A stretch of DNA of 64,000 bases. Origin: Acidimicrobiia bacterium. GTDB lineage: Bacteria > Actinomycetota > Acidimicrobiia > Acidimicrobiales > Poriferisodalaceae. Of the stretch, positions 35,864 through 48,099 are shown piece by piece. Position 1 is the first letter of the stretch, and each line of letters starts with the position of its first letter. Below the pieces are notes generated by a model that did not search any database, was not told the origin of the DNA, and worked only from the letters and a program-made list of their open reading frames with translations. Made by a program: the position numbers and the translations under genes. The stretch lies in NCBI GenBank assembly GCA_012960315.1, contig DUBN01000073.1, forward strand, positions 5,174 through 69,173, given 5' to 3'.

Positions 35864-36046
35864 ATGCGCCTTCAACAAGTGCGCACATACGCAACAGTGC
35901 CCCCAACCGGTCCGGGGTTAGGTGTTGAATTAAATCACGACGTTGTCCTCGCTCATCCGTACATGACAGGTGGCCGCCTTCATCTTGAGATGACACAAAC
36001 GCCACTTGATTCAAACAACAGCCGCTTGGCCCGGGAATTGGACTGA
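35864..36046 (+). pseudogene. Remnant of the C terminus of an enolase-superfamily (mandelate racemase / dehydratase-type) gene
   Basis: The 60-codon ORF contains PPTGPGLGVELNHDVVLAHPY, the typical last block of enolase-superfamily dehydratases. The ~330 upstream residues are absent because the intact DDN-like gene occupies that space. Confidence 0.4.
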
Positions 36047-36073
36047 AGTCCACAAATCGATCACCGAATTACT

Positions 36074-37327
36074 TCACAACAAAATCGTCCTGGGTGAATT
36101 GTTGAGAGTTTCGATCGCAAATCCAGCCGCGGCCTTATAGCGAGCCATGTAATCCTCGATCTCTTCGCGCGGTATTACGTCTTCAATGTCGTCAAACACG
36201 CCACCGCATCTTTCTTCGACTAGTCCGAGGATGCCAATCGGGCCTGCACCTCGGTTTCGCAACACGAGCTCATTCACATCTTGAAGCATCGCGCTCTCGA
36301 ATGATTTCAACGCTGCAACACTCACACCCAGCTGTTGCATTGCGGCGCCCAGGACGCGAGCGTCGACGATGGCTTGGCTTGCGCCATTGGACCCGACCGG
36401 GTACATGACATGGGCAGCATCACCGATGAGGACGCAGCGCCCATCGACCCAATTCTCTATCGGGTCTCTATCGACCATTGGGTACTCATAGACCGTCGAC
36501 GCACCGCGGATCAACGCTGGAATGTCAAGCCAATCGAACGCCCAGTCTTCGAATTCACCGAGAAATTTATCTACCGGCACCTCTCTGTTCCAATCGCTGT
36601 CACCCCAATCCTGTGAGGTGTCATAAGTCAGTTCAGCGATCCAATTAATTGTCGCTAGCCCAGTGGACGGATCGGGATGGCTAATCGGGTAGCAGACGAA
36701 TCGCTGGTCAAGTCTTCCCACCAGCACGAAGGATGCACCCGTCCGGATGGGAACAGCTTCAGAAGTGCCGCGCCACATGACGGGACCTCCCCAAACTGGA
36801 GGTCCCTCGTTGGGGCGCATCTGGTGGCGGGCGGCACTGTGTAGGCCATCTGCGCCGACGAGAACTGATCCTTCAATCGATGTGACCTTGCCGGAGCCTG
36901 ATTGAAACGAAACGCGGATGTTGTCGTCATGAGACTCGTAACTCAAGAGGCGACTTCCTGTGGTGACTGCGTTGGGACCAAGACGCCTCAAGACTTCCTC
37001 ATAGAGCAACATTTGCAGCCGCCCGCGATGAACGGAATATTGGGGCCACAGGTAACCAGCGTCTAGGCCACGAGGTTCGGCCCACACGTCGTTGCCATTG
37101 CGCCCGACCAGAGCCCACTCCTTAGCCGGAACACCTATTTGGTCCAGCTGCGTTTCTAAACCCAGGTCATATAGCTCCCGGACAGCGTTGGGTTGGAGGT
37201 TGATTCCAACACCCGAAGGTTGCAACTGGCTCACCGATTCGTGGACTATCACCGGAAGTCCCAACTCATGGCAGGTGAGGGCCATGGTCATTCCTGCGAT
37301 GCCGCCTCCGGCCACAATCACCGTCAT
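36074..37327 (-). CDS. FAD-dependent aromatic-ring monooxygenase (salicylate / 3-hydroxybenzoate hydroxylase-like)
   Basis: MTVIVAGGGIAGMTMAL Rossmann motif, SGVGINLQPNAVREL, VGADGLHSAAR and LIGDAAHVMYPVGSNGASQAI. Confidence 0.9.
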   Translation of the reverse strand: MTVIVAGGGIAGMTMALTCHELGLPVIVHESVSQLQPSGVGINLQPNAVRELYDLGLETQLDQIGVPAKEWALVGRNGNDVWAEPRGLDAGYLWPQYSVHRGRLQMLLYEEVLRRLGPNAVTTGSRLLSYESHDDNIRVSFQSGSGKVTSIEGSVLVGADGLHSAARHQMRPNEGPPVWGGPVMWRGTSEAVPIRTGASFVLVGRLDQRFVCYPISHPDPSTGLATINWIAELTYDTSQDWGDSDWNREVPVDKFLGEFEDWAFDWLDIPALIRGASTVYEYPMVDRDPIENWVDGRCVLIGDAAHVMYPVGSNGASQAIVDARVLGAAMQQLGVSVAALKSFESAMLQDVNELVLRNRGAGPIGILGLVEERCGGVFDDIEDVIPREEIEDYMARYKAAAGFAIETLNNSPRTILL

Positions 37328-37365
37328 GGCAAAAGACTAGAGCGAGTACGTGTAACACTCCTGAC

Positions 37366-38628
37366 GTGTCTCCCACAAATCGCTCAAGAATTCTAAACCC
37401 GGATCTTGCACCTGAAGGGCATCGTTCAATCGAATGGGCCCGCCGTCACTCCCCATTAGTTGATGGATTTCTCAGAGAACGTCTGAAAGATGGCGCTCTA
37501 GAAGGCCGCCGCGTCGCGGTGGTGGTCCACTTGGAAGCGAAGACGGCGCTTTTGGCGACGGTGTTGGCTGATGCCGGTGCACAGGTTGTGGCTGCAGGGT
37601 CGAATCCTCATTCAACTCGAGACGAAATTGCTGCAGCTCTTGTTGAACGAGGAGTGGAAGTCCATTCAACGCGCGACAGCGGATACGACGCGTGGGAAAA
37701 AGACCTCCTCGCGGTGGCAGACACCGACCCGGAACTAATTATTGATGATGGTGCTGAACTGACGATCCGAATGGCGAGTCAGCGACCCGCCGCGTTTGAA
37801 GCGTTGAAGGGGGTGACGGAACAAACAACTACAGGAGTTGCGCGCTTAGTTGAATTGGCATCTCGCGGTCGCCTGCCGTTCCCCGTTCTCGCAGCTAACG
37901 ATGCTGCCTGCAAGCATCTCTTTGACAACAAATATGGAACAGGTCAAAGCACCGTGCAGGCCATCTTGAACCTCACCAACATGTTGATGGCTGGCAAAGA
38001 TGTCGCAATCCTCGGTTATGGGTGGGTTGGGCGTGGGATAGCAGCTCACGTGCGCGCATTGGGAGGCACTGCTTGGGTGATTGAGGTAGATCCCGTGAAG
38101 GCCCTGGAAGCGTTCATGGACGGTCACCGCGTTGGGAGCCTAAGCGATGTTCTACCTAGGGCAGATTTCATTTTGACGGCGACCGGTGGGCGCCGTGCCA
38201 TAGCACGCCAACATTTTTCTGCGATGAAAAATGGTGCAATTTTGGCGAATGCCGGCCACCATGACCTTGAAATCGACGTCGAAGCGTTGGCTGATGAAGC
38301 ACATGACTTCAGGGCGGTGCGCCCGGGTATCGACGAGTACATAATTGACGACAACCAGTCGGTGCTTGTGTTAGCGAACGGAGCGCTGGTCAACATCGCA
38401 GGTGGTCTTGGGCATCCGATTGAGATCATGGATCTTTCGTTTGCCGTGCAAGGTGTGGGCTGTCACGAACTGGCCCGAGGAACGGTGCCTCAAGGTGTGA
38501 ATGTCATAGATCCCTTTCTGGATTCGGAAATAGCCCGGGCGAAGCTTGCAGCTCATGGGATCGTTCTCGACGCAAAAGAACCTGGCCAAGCTGACATAAT
38601 TGACGATTTACTCGGACCGGAAGCCTGA
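37366..38628 (+). CDS. ahcY: Adenosylhomocysteinase (short, ~420 aa type)
   Basis: DLAPEGHRSIEWA, HLEAKTALLATVL, GSNPHSTRDE, the NAD motif ILGYGWVGRGIA, and NAGHHDLEID. GTG 37366. Confidence 0.92.
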   Translation: MSPTNRSRILNPDLAPEGHRSIEWARRHSPLVDGFLRERLKDGALEGRRVAVVVHLEAKTALLATVLADAGAQVVAAGSNPHSTRDEIAAALVERGVEVHSTRDSGYDAWEKDLLAVADTDPELIIDDGAELTIRMASQRPAAFEALKGVTEQTTTGVARLVELASRGRLPFPVLAANDAACKHLFDNKYGTGQSTVQAILNLTNMLMAGKDVAILGYGWVGRGIAAHVRALGGTAWVIEVDPVKALEAFMDGHRVGSLSDVLPRADFILTATGGRRAIARQHFSAMKNGAILANAGHHDLEIDVEALADEAHDFRAVRPGIDEYIIDDNQSVLVLANGALVNIAGGLGHPIEIMDLSFAVQGVGCHELARGTVPQGVNVIDPFLDSEIARAKLAAHGIVLDAKEPGQADIIDDLLGPEA

Positions 38629-38629
38629 A

Positions 38630-39344
38630 ATGTCGACTCCCCACATAGATGCCGAAATGGGTGATTTCGCGCCAGTTGTTTTAATGCCCGGAGACCCACT
38701 ACGCGCAACTTATATAGCGGAACAGCACCTTGAAGATGCCCGTTTAGTGACGAACATCCGTAACGCGAGCGGATACACAGGCACGTACGAAGGCGTGAGA
38801 GTTTCTGTGATGACCTCTGGGATGGGTATGCCGTCAGCGGCTATTTACATGACTGAGCTCTATCGGTTTTACGGCGTGGAGACGATCATTCGCGTTGGAA
38901 CAGCTGGAGTGTTCGATCCGAGCCTGGAGCTGCGCAGCATCGTGGCAGCAACAGAGTGCATCACTAACAGCTCGATACCGGGCCACCTTTTGCCTAACCA
39001 GGATTCCCTGCTCGCCCCGACACAAGAATTGGTGACCATGGCGGTACGCATTGCCAACCAAGAGAGCCTGGATCTGGTGATGGGCAAGGTGTTTAGTACA
39101 GATCTCTTCTATGAACCTGATCAAAACCTAACTGTAGACATGGCGGCCGACGGGGTTTTGTGTGTGGAGATGGAAACTGCGGGTCTCTACGCTCTGGCGA
39201 AATATGAAGGACGCCGGGCTTTGAGTTTGCTGACAATGTCTGACCACCTAACGACGGGGGAGAGCCTTTCGTCGGCTGAACGGCAGGTGACGTTGGATGA
39301 GATGATTGAGTTCGCGTTAAAAGTCGCGGTGGCTGACTCAGAAG

Positions 39345-39355
<11 letters not shown>
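38630..39355 (+). CDS. deoD: Purine nucleoside phosphorylase, DeoD type
   Basis: ATG 38630 lies 1 nt after the ahcY stop (TGAAATG). Blocks MSTPHIDAEMGDFAPVVLMPGDPLRA, VMTSGMGMPSAAIY, IRVGTAG and VEMETAGLYALA. Confidence 0.9.
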
Positions 39356-41907
<2,552 letters not shown>

Positions 41908-42831
41908 TCAGAGAGCAGAAGAGCGAATCGCCACTCGCTGTTGAAACCAATCTCCGAGCATGTTGAGTGATACGACGGTCAGAGTTAAGAATAATCCAGG
42001 CCAAAAAATCGGCAAAATAGTTCGCCTGATATCCCGTCTACCTTCGTTAATCATGTTGCCCCAGGTTGGTTCCGGAATTTGAACACTCAGGCCAAGGTAA
42101 GACAAGGTGCCCTCGATCACGATTACGAACCCAGCGTTAATCAGCGCATATGCGAAGAGCGACGGAAGAATATTAGGGACGATTTCCCTAAAAAGGATCC
42201 AGATTCGTTTTGTGCCGATCGCTTCAGCTGCTTGCACAAATTCCCGACTTGCGACCCCCAATGTGTTTGCTCTGGCGATCCTCACATATGTGGGAATGCC
42301 GAGCACTCCAAAGACCAACGCGATGACAGGAAGGCTTCGGACCTTGTAGATAGCGACCAACGCAAGTAGTAGAACGAGCGGAGGAAAAGCCAGGACAACG
42401 TCCATGATGCCCATGACGAGGGTTTCCCAACGCCCCCTCGCGTATCCAACGAATGCGCCGAGCAAACCCCCAAAAACAATGCCGAATGAAACGACGGTGA
42501 TAGCTACGGCAAGTGACACCCATGCTCCGTGAAGGAGCCTGGAGAGGTTGTCTCGCGAGAGAATGTCAGTGCCGAGTAAATGGTCAAGAGATGGTCCTTC
42601 AACAGGAGACGCACCACCAAAAAGGAATCCTTGGTAAAACGGATCCTGTAATGGCAGCGCTTGCCCAAAGAGTCGGTCAAGTCGTGTATAAATCGCAGCG
42701 GAAACGATAAAGACCAACCAAAACAGGGCGCACTTAACGAAAAACGGCATCTCTTTGACTGCGGACAACCGACCATTACCTTTTGATTTGGCATCCGGTG
42801 AACCTGTGATGTCTTTGGATTCGGACATCAT
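41908..42831 (-). CDS. ABC peptide/nickel-type transporter permease (DppC/OppC-like)
   Basis: The EAA-loop region FVQAAEAIGTKRIWILFREIVPN and a polytopic profile. It overlaps the upstream permease by 4 nt. Confidence 0.9.
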   Translation of the reverse strand: MMSESKDITGSPDAKSKGNGRLSAVKEMPFFVKCALFWLVFIVSAAIYTRLDRLFGQALPLQDPFYQGFLFGGASPVEGPSLDHLLGTDILSRDNLSRLLHGAWVSLAVAITVVSFGIVFGGLLGAFVGYARGRWETLVMGIMDVVLAFPPLVLLLALVAIYKVRSLPVIALVFGVLGIPTYVRIARANTLGVASREFVQAAEAIGTKRIWILFREIVPNILPSLFAYALINAGFVIVIEGTLSYLGLSVQIPEPTWGNMINEGRRDIRRTILPIFWPGLFLTLTVVSLNMLGDWFQQRVAIRSSAL

Positions 42832-43781
42832 TGTCTCCGGATTCGCGGATCGAGTAGCAAATAGAGCAAATCGACAAGCAAATTGACCACCACGTAGACA
42901 GTGGCAACGAAAAGAGTGATGCCTTGGATCATCGTGACGTCACGTTGATAAATACCGCTTATGAGGCGGGTACCTAACCCTGGTAGCGCGAAAATTGTTT
43001 CGATGACAACAGTGCCGCCGATGAGAGCACCGAATTGAAGCCCGAATATAGTGATCGCGGTAAGAGAACTTGGCCGCAGAGCATGCCGCATAAGGATGTA
43101 TCTGCTTCGTAGACCCTTTGCGCGGGCTGACAGTATGTAGTCCTCTTTGAGGGTTCCGATCATGTCCGCTCGGATGAGTCGCGCGTTAATCGCTAATGGC
43201 GCTAGAGCTAACGCGCTAGCGGGCAAAATTGCGGTTTTGAGGTTGGCTAAGAGACCCTTGTCGGTGATGCGATTCCAGCCAGTAGATGGAAGCCAGTTGA
43301 ATTTCAGAGTGAAAAGCCAAATGAAAAAGATCGCCGCCACGAAGGCAGGGATCGAGAGTGAAGCCGTCGTGAAGCCCGACATCACCCGGTCGAAACGTCC
43401 GCCTTCTCTGTAGGCAGAGAACGCACCAATTGGTATTGCAAGTACCGCGGCGATAACGGTCGCTAATAGAGCGAGCTCCATAGTGACAGGAATGCGGTCC
43501 CTGATGGCATCAGCGACCCGCTGATCGGTGATGTATGACTTTCCGAGATCGCCTTGTAAGGCGTCAGTCACCCATCGCCCGTAACGGACGAGGGCCGGAT
43601 CATCAAGCCGGAGCTCAGTTCGAATGCGTTCCATGGTCTCAAGATCATGGAGCGCTTCTGGTGGCAAAAGAGCAGTGACCGGATCCCCAGGTAGTTGTTC
43701 CACCAAGAGAAAGGTAAGAAGTGAAACCGCAAAAAGTGTCGCTACAAGTCGCGCCAGTCGTGCGGCCAAAATCTTTCCCAA
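42828..43781 (-). CDS. ABC peptide/nickel-type transporter permease (DppB/OppB-like)
   Basis: YILSARAKGLRSRYILMRHALRPS EAA motif. TTG 43781 lies 8 nt after AGGAG. Confidence 0.9.
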   Translation of the reverse strand: MGKILAARLARLVATLFAVSLLTFLLVEQLPGDPVTALLPPEALHDLETMERIRTELRLDDPALVRYGRWVTDALQGDLGKSYITDQRVADAIRDRIPVTMELALLATVIAAVLAIPIGAFSAYREGGRFDRVMSGFTTASLSIPAFVAAIFFIWLFTLKFNWLPSTGWNRITDKGLLANLKTAILPASALALAPLAINARLIRADMIGTLKEDYILSARAKGLRSRYILMRHALRPSSLTAITIFGLQFGALIGGTVVIETIFALPGLGTRLISGIYQRDVTMIQGITLFVATVYVVVNLLVDLLYLLLDPRIRRQ

Positions 43782-43815
43782 TGGTGGAACTCCTACCTAA
43801 GGATCGCGGTCAATG

Positions 43816-43841
43816 ATCAGTGTTGATTATCAGTGTTGATT
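43816..43841. repeat. Perfect tandem duplication, 2 x 13 bp (ATCAGTGTTGATT)
   Basis: Read directly from the sequence: copies at 43816-43828 and 43829-43841. The second copy overlaps the stop codon (43840-43842) of the binding-protein gene. Confidence 0.8.
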
Positions 43842-45696
43842 AGTTTTGGATGAAGACCTGGCCCCAACGAGCTATTGCTGCTGGGAAACCAGCCCCCAAG
43901 CTACCGTCTGGAAGTACCCAGCCGTTCACCCCGTGGATGTTGGTTTCTGCTGCCAATAGCGTAGCGGTATGGCCCGAATACCAAACTGGGACATCTCGCG
44001 CAAGCCGCATCATCACCATCTCGTATAGGGCATAGCGCTCCTCAAACACATCAGTGCTGATCGCTCCAACTAGCCAACCAAACATTTCGATGTCGAAGTA
44101 GTTGGGGAAGTTGATCGGAGAAAAGATTCCGTCCAAACCGTATGCAGCGGCTATACCCAAGGTGGGAGGCGCAAACTGAGTGTTCAGGAACGTTGACGGA
44201 TCGTCGTTGCTCGACCACCGCCAGCAGTGCGCACCGTGTGAACCATTGAAATCAGGTGGAGCGCCCAACGCGTAGTTGATGTGTGTCTGCTGATCGTAGT
44301 TCGTCAGATTTACGTCAACCATCCCGCTAGCACTCCACAACTGTTCGATCACCTGGATAGCGAGGATCAGCGTGGGATCAGGTGGGCAGGAAAGCTCAAC
44401 TTCAATCTTGTCGCCAACTGCTCGGCCATCGGACCTGTCCGGATCGTTCACGTATTCCGCAAGAAGAGCCTTGCCGGCGTCAAAGTCAAATTTTGGCCAA
44501 GCAGCGGCAGCCTTTTCTGAATACCAGGGGCTGTCAGGGCTGAACCACTGGCTTCCTGGAAGAGAAATTCCAGTACCACCAAGAGCTTCAATCACCGCGT
44601 CTTGGTTGTTCATGTGGGTCAAGCCCTTCCGAACTCGAACATCATCGTATGGTGGGATGCTGTTGTTGAACATACCGCCGCCGACGTTGTTGCCCTGGAA
44701 CTCAAAAAGAGTGATGTCTGCACCATCTGCCTTAGCGGCACGGGCATCGCGAATCGTGCCCTGACGCAAGGTCTGCATCATTGTTGTCGTGCCGGAAAGC
44801 AACGAGTCAAGACGAGTCCCTTCGTCCGGGATGGGACGGAACGCCACTGAGTCGAGATACGGCAACTGATTGCCGTCCTCGTCGCTCATCCAGTAATTGG
44901 GATTGCGAGCAACGATGGTCTCGTTGTCCAAGTCGCGTTTATCCATCATGAACGGTCCGGTGCCGATCGGATTCATCGAGAACCCGTCGAAATCTTCGTT
45001 GGCCGCGTTGGGTTCGAAGACCCCACCAAGGCCTACCCCGTAGAGGAACGAAGGAAATGCCGAATGTGCGCCACTCAGGACGTACTTCACTGTGTAGTTA
45101 TCAACAGCGACTACTTCTGCAACCTTTGCCGCCGAGACTATTCCGGCCGCAACTGCTCCAACCTTCTGAAGTTCAAACATGTCGACCAAGGTCTTGGCGT
45201 TGAAGGAGTAACCGTTATGGAACAGGACACCTTCCTGAAGTTCAAACGTCCACTCGGTGTAACCCTCGTTGGCTGACCATGACTTAGCAAGCCACGGACC
45301 GTAGGTGCCGTCTGCTCGCCTTTCCACCATGGTGTCGATCATTGCCTTCATCATGACGAGACATGGAGAGGAACAAGCATCCTCCCACGGGCGCAAACCC
45401 GTAGCCTCTGCTTCAAGACCAATGATGACGCTGCCGCCGTAGCTACTTTCTTCTACGACTGCTTCCACCTTAGTATCGACGTCCCCTTCGGCTTCAGTGC
45501 CGGCCTCGATGACTTCCTCGGCCTTTTCCGTAGTTTCGGTTTCGGCTTCGGTTTCTTCTTCGGCTTCGGTTTCTGTGCTGCTCGCAGCGTCCGAGCTACT
45601 GCTCGACCCCGAGTCGCTGTCGCTACCTCCACAGGCAGCGGCGATCAAGGCAACCGTAAACAACGGCGCGATGATCTTTAGCCAGCTTTTATTCAT
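43840..45696 (-). CDS. ABC transporter substrate-binding lipoprotein, family 5 (peptide/nickel type)
   Basis: Signal peptide with lipobox LIAAACGG, a long Ser/Thr/Glu/Ala acidic linker, then SBP-family-5-like sequence. It sits between the ATPase and permease genes of the operon. Confidence 0.9.
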   Translation of the reverse strand: MNKSWLKIIAPLFTVALIAAACGGSDSDSGSSSSSDAASSTETEAEEETEAETETTEKAEEVIEAGTEAEGDVDTKVEAVVEESSYGGSVIIGLEAEATGLRPWEDACSSPCLVMMKAMIDTMVERRADGTYGPWLAKSWSANEGYTEWTFELQEGVLFHNGYSFNAKTLVDMFELQKVGAVAAGIVSAAKVAEVVAVDNYTVKYVLSGAHSAFPSFLYGVGLGGVFEPNAANEDFDGFSMNPIGTGPFMMDKRDLDNETIVARNPNYWMSDEDGNQLPYLDSVAFRPIPDEGTRLDSLLSGTTTMMQTLRQGTIRDARAAKADGADITLFEFQGNNVGGGMFNNSIPPYDDVRVRKGLTHMNNQDAVIEALGGTGISLPGSQWFSPDSPWYSEKAAAAWPKFDFDAGKALLAEYVNDPDRSDGRAVGDKIEVELSCPPDPTLILAIQVIEQLWSASGMVDVNLTNYDQQTHINYALGAPPDFNGSHGAHCWRWSSNDDPSTFLNTQFAPPTLGIAAAYGLDGIFSPINFPNYFDIEMFGWLVGAISTDVFEERYALYEMVMMRLARDVPVWYSGHTATLLAAETNIHGVNGWVLPDGSLGAGFPAAIARWGQVFIQN

Positions 45697-45790
45697 GTGA
45701 ACCCTCCCTGAGTTCTTGCTGAAATGTGTGATTCAGCGGAGGGCGAATGCCCAACCGCTAGAGCTTCTGCGGCGCAGAAGCAATGATTAA

Positions 45791-46813
45791 TCAGACGCTC
45801 ACCCCCGCCGAGTTGGCGACAGAGGCGAGCGGGTGATGACACGCGACGTAGTGGTCATCAGAAATCTTCTGCATTTGAGGTTCTTCATCTATACATCGAT
45901 CGGAGACATAAGCGCATCGAGTGTGAAAACGGCAGCCGGTCGGCGGATCGATTGGAGATGGCACATCCCCCTGCTCGACCAAATCGGTACTCAGTGCGAC
46001 GTCAGGGTCAGGTATTGGACTCGAGTTCAACAACAGCTCGGTGTATGGATGGGCTGGGCTCTCATAAAGCGCGTCGGATCCAGACACTTCGCAAAGTTTA
46101 CCGAGATACATCACGGCTACTCGATCTGAAATATTTTTTACCACTGCAAGGTCATGTGCGATAAACACCAATGTCAGCCCGTATTCGGCTTTGAGATCCT
46201 CAAGCATATTAAGAATTTGAGCTTGCACCGACACATCCAGTGCCGAGACCGGTTCATCGCAGATAATGACCTGTGGGTTAAGGACTAAAGCTCGGGCGAT
46301 AGAAATTCGTTGACATTGCCCGCCGGAGAACTCGTGAGGTCGTTTGTCGCGTGTATCGTCAGGGTTTATGCCGACGGCTTCGAGCATCGCGTTTACTTTC
46401 TCAACTTGCGATGCGGAGTCGCTCGGACCCCAAACCTTAAGCGGTTCGGCAACCACATCTCCAATTCTTCGACGTGGATTGAGTGAAGAAATTGGGTCTT
46501 GAAAGATGATTTGCAGGTCAGTGCGTGCTTGACGGAGGGACTCTGCGTCAAGCTGCGTTAGATCTTCGCCTTTGTAATGTACGGTTCCCGAATCAGGCGG
46601 CGGTAGCTGAATCAACGCTTTAGCAGTTGTCGACTTTCCACACCCGGATTCGCCTACAAGCCCTAGTGTCTCTCCTTCTTTTACGTCGAGACTGATCCCG
46701 CTCACTGCCTTGACGACTCGGCCGCGTGACGCTGGAAACTCAACCACCACATCTTGAGCAGAAATGAGAACGTCCTCAATTGGGCGAAGGTGAGCCTTGC
46801 CGCCGCCTGCCAT
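45791..46813 (-). CDS. ABC oligopeptide/dipeptide-type ATPase (OppF/DppF-like)
   Basis: GESGCGKST, FSGGQCQRISIARAL and IICDEPVSALD, with a C-terminal oligopeptide-ATPase extension containing Cys (CRFHTRC). The start overlaps the upstream stop (TGATG). Confidence 0.92.
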   Translation of the reverse strand: MAGGGKAHLRPIEDVLISAQDVVVEFPASRGRVVKAVSGISLDVKEGETLGLVGESGCGKSTTAKALIQLPPPDSGTVHYKGEDLTQLDAESLRQARTDLQIIFQDPISSLNPRRRIGDVVAEPLKVWGPSDSASQVEKVNAMLEAVGINPDDTRDKRPHEFSGGQCQRISIARALVLNPQVIICDEPVSALDVSVQAQILNMLEDLKAEYGLTLVFIAHDLAVVKNISDRVAVMYLGKLCEVSGSDALYESPAHPYTELLLNSSPIPDPDVALSTDLVEQGDVPSPIDPPTGCRFHTRCAYVSDRCIDEEPQMQKISDDHYVACHHPLASVANSAGVSV

Positions 46814-47964
46814 CAGGAAGTTCCCGACGGTAAGTGCACCGATACGTCATCAACGATTTGACCGTTTGCTATTGCAAGTGTGGAAGGCCGCCCGGCCAAA
46901 AGGTTCTTTTCCCAGGCCTCCTGGTTTTCGGGCGTTCCTACTGGATACCAGCAGGCCGACAAGTGGTCTGTTGCTAGAGCTTCCAGCTCTGGTTCTTCTT
47001 CAAAGCAGCGCTCCTGAGCATAAGGGCATCGCGGGCTGAAAGAACAGCCTTCAAGCGAGTCGGCGAGATCCGGAGGGCGACCCGCTATAGCGGCCAGGCG
47101 CGTGTGGCTTGGTTGATCGATTTTGGGAATAGATCGCAGTAACGCTTCGGTGTAAGGGTGAGAAGTGCGATGAAAGATCTCTGAGGTGGTGGCTTGTTCA
47201 ACAATTTTTCCTGCGTACATGACAATGATTTCATCGGTGCGGCCAGCCACCACTCCTAAATCATGAGTGACCAACACCATCGCCATATCTCGTTCTTGTT
47301 GCTGCATGCCAAGTAGGTTCAGGATCTGATGTTGGACTGTTACATCTAGCGCTGTTGTGGGTTCATCGGCGAACAGCAGTTTTGGATTGCAAGCAAGAGC
47401 GATCGCGATCGAAACTCTTTGGCGCATTCCACCAGATAGCTCATGAGGAAAGCTGTCGAAGCGAGCTTCCGCTTCAGGGATGCGCACACTTTGCAGTAGT
47501 TCGATAGCTAGGTTCCGTGCTTCGGCCTTTGATATCCCAAAATGTTTGCGGACGTGTTCCGTGACTTGTCGACCGATCTTCACAACGGGATTCAACGAAG
47601 TCATTGGATCTTGGAAAACCATGGCGATTTCTCGGCCCCAGATTTTTGTCATATCGGAGATCGGAAGGTCGAGCAGACTTTGATTCGAAAAACGTACGCT
47701 CCCTGAAGTCCGAACGTTTCCCCCAAGATTCAAACGCATAATTGTTCGAGCCAGCACGGTTTTCCCTGAACCGCTTTCACCAACAATGCCAAGGGTTTGA
47801 CCTGGATAGAGCTCAAAGCTCACGCCATCAACGGCGCGAACAAGTCCGGCATCGATCGCGAAATGCGTCGCTAAGTCCTCAACTACCAGAAGCGGGGCGT
47901 CGCCAGGATGGGTTGTCGCGTCTGCCACAGTCGTTCCGGTCCCCTTGCTGAGATACCCGCCCAA
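46813..47964 (-). CDS. ABC oligopeptide/dipeptide-type ATPase (OppD/DppD-like)
   Basis: [23 protein letters not shown] and [11 protein letters not shown], with C-terminal [14 protein letters not shown]. The start is uncertain (TTG 47964 or GTG 47928). Confidence 0.9.
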   Translation of the reverse strand: MGGYLSKGTGTTVADATTHPGDAPLLVVEDLATHFAIDAGLVRAVDGVSFELYPGQTLGIVGESGSGKTVLARTIMRLNLGGNVRTSGSVRFSNQSLLDLPISDMTKIWGREIAMVFQDPMTSLNPVVKIGRQVTEHVRKHFGISKAEARNLAIELLQSVRIPEAEARFDSFPHELSGGMRQRVSIAIALACNPKLLFADEPTTALDVTVQHQILNLLGMQQQERDMAMVLVTHDLGVVAGRTDEIIVMYAGKIVEQATTSEIFHRTSHPYTEALLRSIPKIDQPSHTRLAAIAGRPPDLADSLEGCSFSPRCPYAQERCFEEEPELEALATDHLSACWYPVGTPENQEAWEKNLLAGRPSTLAIANGQIVDDVSVHLPSGTS

Positions 47965-48099
47965 ACATCAGATGTGTCGTACCGAGCCTAACGGTCGTTC
48001 AGTCGCAAAAAAACTAAGTCACTGTCCGTTGTGATAGCAAGCACAAAGCAAGACAATTTCGAAACAATTTATTGCGCCGGCCTCATGCCATAACTTCAG

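Noticed and set aside
37328-37365. An SAH riboswitch upstream of ahcY.
   Set aside because: Only 38 nt separate the divergent FAD-monooxygenase start and the ahcY GTG, which is too short for the ~70-80 nt element. No matching pseudoknot-type pairing was seen.
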